A stretch of DNA of 64,000 nt from the NCBI GenBank assembly GCA_002269645.1, contig NIVC01001394.1, positions 7,148 through 71,147 on the forward strand, in the 5' to 3' direction. Positions 10,919 to 22,628 of this stretch are shown in pieces. The first letter of the stretch is position 1. Each line of letters begins with the position of its first letter. A model generated the notes under the pieces. It was not told the DNA's origin. It did not search any database and saw nothing but the letters and a program-made list of their open reading frames with translations. Source of the DNA: Macrostomum lignano. Its lineage: Eukaryota. A program made the position numbers and the translations under genes.

Positions 10919-11430
10919 TTAGTACTTTTTTGTTCCTTCGAGTACATTATAGTTAGTGGTATGATTTTTATTACTTATAGTAGGGATTTCGAGAATATCA
11001 ATGAAATGCATCAAGTATAAAACAAAGAAGCTTTTTGCCATAGATAAAAGTGGCTATATTTTCTTTTATCTTCTAAAAGTAGGCAATTCCAGTGGTAGCC
11101 CTGCTGCCGAAAGACCACGTTCACTCACTCCTGCTTCTCTGCGTCTAATGGCCAATGGATTGCCCATGCTCGGCAGTATATACTCAACAACATTGAAAAG
11201 TCGCAACCTTTGAGAGTGCGCAGTAAATTCTAGCTCAGTATTATTGACTTTTGAAATGGTTGGCCAGAGATAAAAATAAATGGCTCAGATTAGCACTCCA
11301 TTCTATTCTTTCCTCCATGGTAGTATCTGCATTGATTGAATTGTCTGTGGTCGAAACAAGACTCAGTTAATGACCAGCCATTAATTAAGCAGGGGTTTAT
11401 TACCGTGAAGTGAGACATTGTATCTCGCTA

Positions 11431-11969
11431 CACCTTTTTGCGTTCTTTTTCGATAAAACTGCATTCAATTTTGGCAAACTGACTTTCATTTTCGGCATCA
11501 GCTACGGCCGTACATCCAAACTTGCTTGCTGATGAGTGCACAGGTTTTTGCGTGTTCAATTACACCTTAACTGTACTCCAAATGCAGTACTTGTTCAGAA
11601 TCTAAGAAATCCTCTCTTCTGTCTTTATTCCCTTCTTAGATTGGCGCTGTCGAAATTGAGTGCAGTTTGCCGAAATTGAAAATCATTTTTGGGTTTAGAT
11701 GCGCTTATTTCCATAGACAGTCTGTGTCTGAGCTGTCTATGGAATTTCGGCTGGCTGCCGAAGTTGAATGCAGTTTGCCGAATTTGAATATCAGTTTGTC
11801 TAAATAGAAACTCGAGTTACCGAAATTGAATGCAGTTTGCCGAAATTGTTTCTCGGTTTGTCGAACTCGAATGCAGTTTGGATGTGCGGCCGTAGCTGAT
11901 GCCGAAAATGAAAGCCAGTTTTTTTCCGAAATTGAATGCAGTTTTATCGAATTAGAACGCAAAAAGGTG
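11431..11969. mobile_element. TA-flanked MITE with ~90-bp TIRs (Tc1/mariner-type TSD)
   Basis: TA|CACCTTTTTGCGTTCT...GCTACGGCCGTACATCCAAAC at left and its near-exact reverse complement ending ...AGAACGCAAAAAGGTG|TA at right. Internal AAATTGAATGCAGTTTGCCG sub-repeats. Confidence 0.85.
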
Positions 11970-12166
11970 TACGCTCGCAGTGCGTGTGTTAAATGGTAGA
12001 TTTATCTCTAGGTGATAGATTCATTGATTTATGGGCAAAGCATTCTTCTGGTTTTAGCCATAGACATATATAGATTGGAATTTACCGCACGCATGGACTA
12101 TAAGAGGGATAAGTGAAATTTAGGTTTGGCCAGAAAGTAGAGACGAGAGAAGAAATACAACCGAAA

Positions 12167-12637
12167 ATGTCTCGAATCATTAGACTAATTGACTACTCTA
12201 AATTTCCGAATGAAATGATTTCTGGTCTTACGTCTACGGAGATTGATCAGGCTTTGGCCTGGCAGGAAGTGATGGCACTGGTTGACGAGCAACTGGGTGT
12301 CGCTGACGATTTTACCGAAGATCTCCACGAGGTGAGCAACAAACTCTTCGAATTGTTACCGGAGATCGATGGACCTGGCCAGGAAGAATCTGCACTGACG
12401 CAGTTGGACGTAGATTTGCAGGAACTTGAGAAGATCAACTGTGTTGAAGGGACAAAGCGACAAGAAGTTCTCTACTTGGGCCTCTTTCGGAAGTTTGTAT
12501 CTGCATATCCGGCCATGAAGTTCGAAGAGACTTCCTGTACGAAGGAGGATCTGCATAATGCCCTGCGCTATTTCTACGGGACATTGAAGAGGCGTGATGG
12601 AAAGGCTTATGCTCCTGCGACATTTGGAAAGATGTGA
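12167..12637 (+). mobile_element. Truncated ORF resembling the N-terminal core-binding part of Crypton/DUF3504-type tyrosine recombinases
   Basis: TKRQEVLYLGLFRKF...LHNALRYFYGTLKRRDGKAYAPATF resembles the recalled T.R.T....F ... L..FY..LR..DG..Y.P.SL pattern. The ORF stops before any catalytic R-H-R-Y region. Confidence 0.55.
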
Positions 12638-14473
12638 AAGACGCCGCAACTAACAGGTGTGTTCTTGATGTACTAGGTTTGCCATAAAAACTTTGCTTTG
12701 TTTGTCGTTGCACTTTTTAATGTGCACTTGTTCATCTATTGACTTAAATAAATTTAATAAGTTGAATACGTGCGGGAATTTACAGCACGGTGGGTGGAAT
12801 TTACAGCAACGGCTTGGGATTTACTGCACAGTCGCGTTATTGGTGAAGGATTGCTTTTTGGCCATAGACAATGAATAGTGTCAGCAATTTAAGAATGCTT
12901 GGCCATATGTCAATGACTTGTTACTGTGTAAGAAACGCAGTTGTCTATGGTTTAAACACATTACACAAAGCGCGGGCGAGCAGCGTGAACAAAACGCAGG
13001 TCAGCGTGTAAGAAACGCAGTGTCTGGACCATAGACAACTGCGTCGATTACACGCTGACCAAAGTACGACGTATATTTCTTTTTTCAGGATGCAAGTAAA
13101 CTGATTATATAAACAGAGCAAATTCAACACCGTTCATAGATAGTAAGCTCACAATGTAAATCAGTGATTCCATCATCCATGTCTCTAACCACGAAACACT
13201 CAGTCGTAGAGTTGTCAGTGGAAATTGAACACAATATAGGTCGATTGCCAATCGTACACGAATCCGTGTAACAGTGGCAGGCGGTACATGTATTGATTGA
13301 CTGACCAATTGTCACTGACTCGATAGTTGAAACAACCGCGCCTTCTTGCCTGGCAGCTATTGGCATACATGCGGGATCTTTCTTGCGGGCTGATACCAGA
13401 TTCTTGCCATCGGAATGCAGCGACACAGCGACAGACTCTGTGACATTTGCCGCATCTCGGCATCTCGTCGACTGCCAAATCGAAGGTACCGCGATATCCA
13501 GGGTCCTTTAGAGCGGGCTCCATTCTAAAGTTCTATTTGCTATCTCAATCTTAGATTACTCCTTTCCTTTCTTATAGTCTTACAGTCAGTGTGAAAGGAA
13601 AATTCTCTATGGGTGACGGCCATTCAGTGCAGCGTGTAAGAAGCGAAGCCGCATGTCTATGAAATATACTATTGAGATTACAATTACACTTAATATATCG
13701 ATGCTTTGTGATAAAATAGTCTATGGCACAAGTCACGCGGCATCGACATATTAATCTTCCTTTTCCTTATAAAAAGCAGGAGACATGCAGTAATTGCAAG
13801 AAATAAACTAAAATCAGCCCACCCCAAAACCAGTGGTCAGCATACAAGTGGCAGATCGATAACTCTCCACTCTCTGCAGTTTTTACCAGCCTAAGCTGGG
13901 CCTTGTGACGCAAATTTCACCACCTACAGTTCAGTTGAGACAAGGACCCTGGACGCGTGGTGTCAATTATGTCACTTTGGGACTGAGATGTGAAAAAAGT
14001 TCACCACCGGTTTCGGGTTGGAAAATTGAACGTTTCAGCTTTTAGCAGTTCGACAGCGTTCAGTTGGTTCTTGTACGGCAGGCACGTCTCCAGTTGCAGC
14101 ACAGCGGCAGGTGTTGCTCAGAAACCAGGGGTCGCAAAAATCCCGGGATCGCATGGATTATAACATGTACACACCGTGTACAGTGTATAGTTTGCACACC
14201 ATACAGTCAACATCAGAACTTCATAGACTCACGTCACAACTCACAAGCATGGCTGATAAGTCACACAGACTCGCAAGCTTAAGATCTTTAAATGGTTTTT
14301 TTTCGACCCCCCCCCAAAGGTTAGACCATAGACATGTCCCGGGCCACACATTGATGAGTTCATAAATGTATGACAGCGATTTCCATATATCAAGACGCGC
14401 TATTTATGGTAGACTCAGATATTTACATTATTCGCATTGGGACGTGAGCAGATCCCGAAACTTCTCTCTCTTC

Positions 14474-16956
14474 TCTATATACTAAAGCTGACGTCGTGGT
14501 CCGGTGGTAGGGTGGGCCGGTGGGCCGGGTTTGTCGACGATCTCCTCCTAGGATTCTTGCAACTCAACTTTCAAACCGGTACCAAAACATGTCAAATGTC
14601 CCGACGATGCTACAATTTAAAATTCATTTTCAAATTTCAATTTTAAGTGCTTCAAAAAAGCAGAAAACAGCACAAACCAGACAGCCAGACCAGATGTCTA
14701 TATATCGCATTCCATGGACTTCCCACTTGACGCTATTTTGTATGGTTGCGCCACAACTTTTCTCCTATCTCTGCAGTGTATTTCATTTCAGCTGGGGGAG
14801 GGTCGCCGGCACTTGAGAATTGGCGGCCTACTTGCTCAGTGTTAAAAAGGGGTGGAGGTGCACACTGCGCGAGAATGGATGGCTTGATTTTTTTAACTCA
14901 TCACAGAGTGTACATTGCGCTCTGCAAGTAAGAAACGGGAAAACTTGCACCTTAATTTCTGCTTTTAATTTTCAAGCTACAGAAAAGTGAATCACACCGT
15001 TGGAAAGAGTTTGAAAAACTGAACAGAATGGTATAATTTTCTGTTCCGAAATCTCAACTGCATCAGAGCAATTTGTCATAGAAAATTTCTTGATTTCAAT
15101 TTGTCAACCCTGGCTCACTGGCTGACTTTATAGATAATTGCGCAATGATATGGCTACTGATAAGTTTTCCTGCCTTTCAATGGGCAGTCCTGTGTATTTG
15201 TTGGACATTGAAATTCAATGCATCATCTTGCAAGCAGGCAGTGAACGTACACTCGATATTTCAATGCTATAAATCAGACAGTTTCAAACGCTAACTGTTC
15301 CTCGAGTTTTAAACTTTGAGAGGAGAAACTTATATTGCTGGCAAGATCTTGCAACGCTGAGTTCGGGGATATAAGTTGTTTGCTTTAAATATGAAAAGAA
15401 AAAGCACAGCATTTGAAAAACTATTTCCATACTTTTAACTTTCTGCAAAGATTGTACTTTAATCTGCAAAGATTGTTGGGGGGAGGGTTCAACTTCTCAC
15501 TGCTGCTGTGTATTGGAGGGTTGATTTAGATTGCGCAATGTTTTTGTTAACTTTACCTGAGGCTGATACTGACTGACTGTGAAATCGGTTGCGCAATGAA
15601 TTGATTCAATTAGTTCAATATTTTTATCTGTGCCTTTTAACACGAAGCTGTGCGTAGTTCTAACCCTAACCCTAACCCTAACCCTAACCCTAATGAATCT
15701 GGCGAGTTGAGTTGTTTGACGGAAAAAATTCGATTAAGTCAAGTTTAGCGGAGACGATTTCAATGTTTAAATTCTGACGGAGAAGATTTCTGTTTCGTGG
15801 AGAGGATTTCGATGATGTTCAGTTTCACGAAAGGATTTCCATGGTGTTCAGTTTCACGGAGAGGATTTCGATCATGTTCAGCTTCACGGAGAGGCTTTCT
15901 GTTTCGCGGAGATAATTTATGATTGATATCTGTTTTATGGAAACAATTTTGATGGATTTAAGTTTCAAGGAGAGGATTTCGAAGGAGTCCAGTTTCACTG
16001 AGAGGATTTCGATGGTTTTTAGTTGCACAGACAGGATTTTTGCTTCGCGGAGAGGATCTTGATGGATTTGGCATCTTCAATCAGTCAGAGAAGAGAGTAA
16101 AGAGAAGACTGAAAAGAGAAGAGAGAAGAGATGATAGAAAACAGAGTATAATTGAGTGGAGATATTAGACATGACAGATTGGAGATGATAGGAGAGAGAA
16201 TAGATGAGGGATAAGAGCGTACAGAGGCAATAGAAGAGAGGGGAGAGTAGAGGAGAAAGAAAGAGTGAGATGAGGAGATGAGGGATGAGAGAGCAGGGGA
16301 GAGAGGAGACAGGAGAGAGTACAGACGAAAGACTAGGGAGAAGATATAAATAAGGTAGTAAAGATGAGAGGAGAGAGAGGAGAGAGAAGCGAAAGGAGAA
16401 GAGAGTGAGGAGAGAGGAGAGAGATGAAAGGAGCAAGGAAAGGAGAAAAGAGAGAATGGAGAGAATAGAAAAGAGAGAAGAGAAGAGACAGGGGATAGTG
16501 GAAAGGAGGAAGAAAGATGGGAGACAAGAAAGTAGTGTCAGAGCGTATATGAAATATGAGAAATGAGAGCAGAGAGAAGAGAAAAGAGAAGAGAGAGAGA
16601 GGGTTAAGAGAGACGATAGATAAGTGAGTAGAGATGACATATGAGAGAGGAGAGAAGAGGGAGAGATAAGAGTGAAGAGAGGAGACAGAAGACAGGAGAA
16701 GGTACAGACGAAAGACGAGGGAGAAGAGATAAATAAGGGAGCAGGGGTAGAGATGAGATGAGAGAGAGGAGAGAGGAGATATGAGAGACTTGAGAGTCTT
16801 TGAGCTATGGTCTTTGAAAGATTTTGTAAAGAATTTGGAGACGATTTGGAAGATAGGGTTAAAGACATGGAATTTCAGTTGATGGATATTACAGGGAATG
16901 GAATTCCGGTGATGGGAGTTCTTCCCCTTTCTCCTCCGAAGGAGGAGTTCCACTCG
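14474..16956 (+). mobile_element. Non-autonomous Helitron-like unit A1 (2483 bp)
   Basis: 5' TCTATATACTAAAG; 3' CTCCTCC-GAA-GGAGGAG hairpin followed by TTCCACTCG. No Rep/helicase ORF. Confidence 0.8.
15660..15693. repeat. Interstitial telomeric repeat (CCCTAA)5, one per A/B unit
   Basis: Also at 18483-18512, 21333-21366, 24155-24184 and 26963-26996; opposite orientation (TTAGGG)5 at 34202-34235. Confidence 0.95.
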
Positions 16957-19900
16957 TATATACTAAAGCTGACGTCGTGGTCCGGTGGTAGGGTGGGCCG
17001 GTGGGCCGGGTTTGTCGACGATCTCCTCCTAGGATTCTTGCAACTCAACTTTCAAACCGGTACCAAAACATGTCAAATGTCCCGACGATGCTACAATTTA
17101 AAATTCATTTTCAAATTTCAATTTTAAGTGCTTCAAAAAAGCAGAAAACAGCACAAACCAGACAGCCAGACCAGATGTCTATATATCGCATTCCATGGAC
17201 TTCCCACTTGACGCTATTTTGTATGGTTGCGCCACAACTTTTCTCCTATCTCTGCAGTGTATTTCATTTCAGCTGGGGGAGGGTCGCCGGCACTTGAGAA
17301 TTGGCGGCCTACTTGCTCAGTGTTAAAAAGGGGTGGAGGTGCACACTGCGCGAGAATGGATGGCTTGATTTTTTAACTCATCACAGAGTGTACATTGCGC
17401 TCTGCAAGTAAGAAACGGGAAAACTTGCACCTTAATTTCTGCTTTTAATTTTCAAGCTACAGAAAAGTGAATCACACCGTTGGAAAGAGTTTGAAAAACT
17501 GAACAGAATGGTATAATTTTCTGTTCCGAAATCTCAACTGCATCAGAGCAATTTGTCATAGAAAATTTCTTGATTTCAATTGTGAAAACGTTAAGTGGCT
17601 GGGGAGGGGTTTCATTAATTTCAATTCTGACTGTGCAATGCACAAGCCTAGACTCTCCCTGTGCATTTGGGGAGGTGCATGGGCTATAGACTGATTTTCA
17701 TATTGAGTGATTGGCTGGAGATAATATTGAGATTAAATAAATGAATCACCGCAGTGTAAACTGCTTTTTTGACCCCCAATAACCTTCTTTTGCCACTCTG
17801 CCTGGGGCTTCAGCCAGTTTGTAAAAATAGCCACCCCAACCTCCGCCCGCGGGCCGCTGTGTATTGAGGGGTGGTGGGTGCGCGTGTTCTACGTTCAATG
17901 CAAATAAAACCCCCGCGTGTTGGCGGGTTGAGTTAAATTTAATGCTTCCCCCGTAACGGGGGGTTGGGCTTGGACTGAGTGTACATAGCTGTTGTACAGT
18001 GTAAAAAGATAGATAGAACTGTGCCGAGATTCAATTGGTTTTATTATCGGCCCTGTGTATTAGCTGGGCAGTGAAATTCAATGAATAAACTTGCGAGCTT
18101 CTCTAGCAAGAAGTCGGGAAATCGGTAAATTTCAAACGCTAACTGTTCCTCGAGTTTTAAACTTTGAGAGGAGAAACTTATATTGCTGGAAAGATCTTGC
18201 AACGCTGAGTTCGGGGATATAAGTTGTTTGCTTTAAATATGAAAAGAAAAAGCACAGCATTTGAAAAACTATTTCCATACTTTTAACTTTCTGCAAAAAT
18301 TGTACTCAGTTTTGCGAGACGTAATAGATAAAGTTGGGGGAGGGTTCAACTTCTCACTGCTGCTGTGTATTGGAGGGTTGATTTAGATTGACTGACTGAC
18401 TGTGAAATCAGTTGCGCAATGAATTGATTCAATTAGTTCAATATTTTTATCAGTGCCTTTTAACACAAACCTGTGCGTAGTTCTAACCCTAACCCTAACC
18501 CTAACCCTAACCAATGAATCCGGAGAGTTGAGTTGTTTGACGGAAAAAATTCGATTGAGTCCAGTTTAGCGGAGACGATTTCAATGTTTTAATTTTGACG
18601 AAGAGGATTTCTGTTTCGTGGAGAGGATTTCGATGGTGTTCAGTTTCGTGGAGAGGATTTCGATGGCGTTCACTTTCGTGGAAAGGATTTCGATGATGTT
18701 CAGTTTCACGGAGAGGATTTCGATGATGTTCAGCTTCACGGAGAGGATTTCTGTTTCGCGGAGATAATTTATGATTGATTTCTGTTTTATGGAGACCATT
18801 TTGATGGATTTAAGTTTCAAGGAGAGGATTTCGAAGGAGTCCAGTTTCACGGAGAGGATTTCGATGGTTTTCAGTTGCACGGACAGGATTTTTCTGCTTC
18901 GCGGAGAGGATCTTGATGGATTTGGCATCTTCAATCAGTCAGAGAAGAGAGTAAAGAGAAGAATGAAAAGAGAAGAGAGATGAGATGATAGAAAACAGAG
19001 TAGAAATGAATGGAGAGATTAGACATGACAGATGGGAGAGAAGAGGGGAGTAAGGCGGGAACGAAGGAAGAGAAAAGAGAAGAGGAGAGAGGAGATGAAG
19101 GGAGAGGATATGAGAGAGGAGATATGAGATAGCAGAGAGGAGACAGGAGAGAAAAGAAAGGAGGGATAAGAGCGTACAGAGGCAAAAAAGAGAGGAAAGA
19201 GAGAAGAGAGGTGAGAGGTGAGAGGTGAGAGGAGAGAGATGAAAGATCAGAGATCAGAGATTCAAGAGAAGAAAGTAGTGAGGAGAAAGAAGAGGGTAAA
19301 GATAGAGTGCAGAGAGGAGAGAAACGAGAGGAGACAGGTGATAGAAAAGAGTGTAAAAAAACAGGATATAAGAAAGGAGAGGGTGAGAGTGAGAGCATAT
19401 AGGAAAGTGTAAAAGGGGAGAGAGAATAGATAAGTGAGTAGAGAAGAGATATGAGAGAGGAGAGAGGAGAGATTAGAGAAGAGATGAGGGGAGATAAGAG
19501 GAGAGAAGAGGGAATGGAGAGGAGAGAAAAGAGAGGAGAGGAGACAGGTGATGCAGTAGAAAGGGAAGAAAGATGGTAGATAAGAAAGGAGAGGGTGAGA
19601 GCGTATAAGAGATACGAGTACTGAAAGCAGAGAGAAGAGAGAAAAGGGAAGAGAGAAAGTAGAGCGGAGACGATAGATAAGTGAGTAGAGATGAGATATG
19701 AGAGAGGAGAGAAAAGGGGAGAGATAAGAGAGAAGATATGAGAGTAGACAGGAGAGGGTACAGACGAAAGGCGAGGGAGAAGAGATAAATAAGGGAGTAG
19801 AGATGAGATATGAGAGAGAAGAGATAAGCGAGAAGAGTAGGAATAGAGGAGAGAGAGAAGCGAGAGAAGGGAGAGAGGAGGGAGAAGAGAGATGAAAGAT

Positions 19901-20147
19901 CAGAGAGGAGAGAGATGAAAGTGTAGAGAGGAGTAATTAGTGAGGAGAAAGAAGAGAGTAAAAATAAAAATCAGAGCGCAGGGCGCAAGAGATGAGAGAT
20001 GGGAGTTGATAGATTGTAGAGGATTTGGAGATGATTTGGAAGATGGGATTCAATTCATTGAATTTCAGCTGATAGGAGTTCTTCCCCTTCAGAATTCCGG
20101 TGATGGGAGTTCTTCCCCTATCTCCTCCGAAGGAGGAGTTCCACTCG
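16957..20147 (+). mobile_element. Non-autonomous Helitron-like unit B1 (3191 bp)
   Basis: Same first ~590 bp as A, a different ~550-bp middle insert and a different GA-rich tract. Same 3' hairpin plus CTCG, abutting TCTATATAC at 20148. Confidence 0.8.
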
Positions 20148-22628
20148 TCTATATACTAAAGCTGACGTCGTGGTCCGGTGGTAGGGTGGGCCGGTGGGCC
20201 GGGTTTGTCGACGATCTCCTCCTAGGATTCTTGCAACTCAACTTTCAAACCGGTACCAAAACATGTCAAATGTCCCGACGATGCTACAATTTAAAATTCA
20301 TTTTCAAATTTCAATTTTAAGTGCTTCAAAAAAGCAGAAAACAGCACAAACCAGACAGCCAGACCAGATGTCTATATATCGCATTCCATGGACTTCCCAC
20401 TTGACGCTATTTTGTATGGTTGCGCCACAACTTTTCTCCTATCTCTGCAGTGTATTTCATTTCAGCTGGGGGAGGGTCGCCGGCACTTGAGAATTGGCGG
20501 CCTACTTGCTCAGTGTTAAAAAGGGGTGGAGGTGCACACTGCGCGAGAATGGATGGCTTGATTTTTTAACTCATCACAGAGTGTACATTGCGCTCTGCAA
20601 GTAAGAAACGGGAAAACTTGCACCTTAATTTCTGCTTTTAATTTTCAAGCTACAGAAAAGTGAATCACACCGTTGGAAAGAGTTTGAAAAACTGAACAGA
20701 ATGGTATAATTTTCTGTTCCGAAATCTCAACTGCATCAGAGCAATTTGTCATAGAAAATTTCTTGATTTCAATTTGTCAACCCTAGCTCACTGGCTGACT
20801 TTATAGATAATTGCGCAATGATATGGCTACTGATAAGTTTTCCTGCCTTTCAATGGGCAGTCCTGTGTATTTGTTGGACATTGAAATTCAATGCATCATC
20901 TTGCAAGCAGGCAGTGAACGTACACTCGATACTTCAATGCTATAAATCAGACAGTTTCAAACGCTAACTGTTCCTCGAGTTTTAAACTTTGAGAGAAGAG
21001 ACTTATATTGCTGGAAAGATCTTGCAACGCTGAGTTCGGGGAAATAAGTTGTTTGCTTTAAATATGAAAAGAAAAAGCACAGCATTTGAAAAACTATTTC
21101 CATACTTTTAACTTTCTGCAAAGATTGTACTTTAATCTGCAAAGATTGTTGGGGGAAGGGTTCAACTTCTCACTGCTGCTGTGTATTGGAGGGTTGATTT
21201 AGATTGCGCAATGTTTTTGTTAACTTTACCTGAGGCTGATACTGACTGACTGTGAAATCGGTTGCGCAATGAATTGATTCAATTAGTTCAATATTTTTAT
21301 CTGTGCCTTTTAACACGAAGCTGTGCGTAGTTCTAACCCTAACCCTAACCCTAACCCTAACCCTAATGAATCTGGCGAGTTGAGTTGTTTGACGGAAAAA
21401 ATTCGATTAAGTCAAGTTTAGCAGAGACGATTTCAATGTTTAAATTCTGACGGAGAAGATTTCTGTTTCGTGGAGAGGATTTCGATGATGTTCAGTTTCA
21501 CGAAAGGATTTCCATGGTGTTCAGTTTCACGGAGAGGATTTCGATCATGTTCAGCTTCACGGAGAGGCTTTCTGTTTCGCTGAGATAATTTATGATTGAT
21601 TTCTGTTTTATGGAAACAATTTTGATGGATTCAGGTTTCAAGGAGAGGATTTCGAAGGAGTCCAGTTTCACTGAGAGGATTTCGATGGTTTTTAGTTGCA
21701 CAGACAGGATTTTTGCTTCGCGGAGAGGATCTTGATGGATTTGGCATCTTCAATCAGTCAGAGAAGAGAGTAAAGAGAAGACTGAAAAGAGAAGAGAGAA
21801 GAGATGATAGAAAACAGAGTATAATTGAGTGGAGAGATTAGACATGACAGATTGGAGATGATAGGAGAGAGAATAGATGAGGGATAAGAGCGTACAGAGG
21901 CAATAGAAGAGAGGGGAGAGTAGAGGAGAAAGAAAGAGTGAGATGAGGAGATGAGGGATGAGAGAGGAGGGGAGAGAGGAGACAGGAGAGAGTACAGACG
22001 AAAGACTAGGGAGAAGATATAAATAAGGTAGTAAAGATGAGAGGAGAGAGAGGAGAGAGAAGCGAAAGGAGAAGAGAGTGAGGAGAGAGGAGAGAGATAA
22101 AAGGAGCAAGGAAAGGAGAAAAGAGAGAATGGAGAGAATAGAAAAGAGAGAAGAGAAGAGACAGGGGATAGTGAAAAGGAGGAAGAAAGATGGGAGACAA
22201 GAAAGTAGTGTCAGAGCGTATATGAAATATGAGAAATGAGAGCAGAGAGAAGAGAAAAGAGAAGAGAGAGAGAGGGTTAAGAGAGACGATAGATAAGTGA
22301 GTAGAGATGACATATGAGAGAGGAGAGAAGAGGGAGAGATAAGAGTGAAGAGAGGAGACAGAAGACAGGAGAAGGTACAGACGAAAGACGAGGGAGAAGA
22401 GATAAATAAGGGAGCAGGGGTAGAATGAGATGAGAGAGAGGAGAGAGGAGATACGAGAGACTTGAGAGTCTTTGAGCTATGGTCTTTGAAAGATTTTGTA
22501 AAGAATTTGGAGACGATTTGGAAGATAGGGTTAAAGACATGGAATTTCAGTTGATGGATATTACAGGGAATAGAATTCCGGTGATGGGAGTTCTTCCCCT
22601 TTCTCCTCCGAAGGAGGAGTTCCACTCG
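20148..22628 (+). mobile_element. Non-autonomous Helitron-like unit A2 (2481 bp)
   Basis: Intact TC start and same organisation as A1. Confidence 0.8.

Noticed and set aside
14520-14816. 98-aa ORF identical in all five A/B units
   Set aside because: Identity reflects recent DNA duplication; no recognisable domain and no true ATG at the annotated start.
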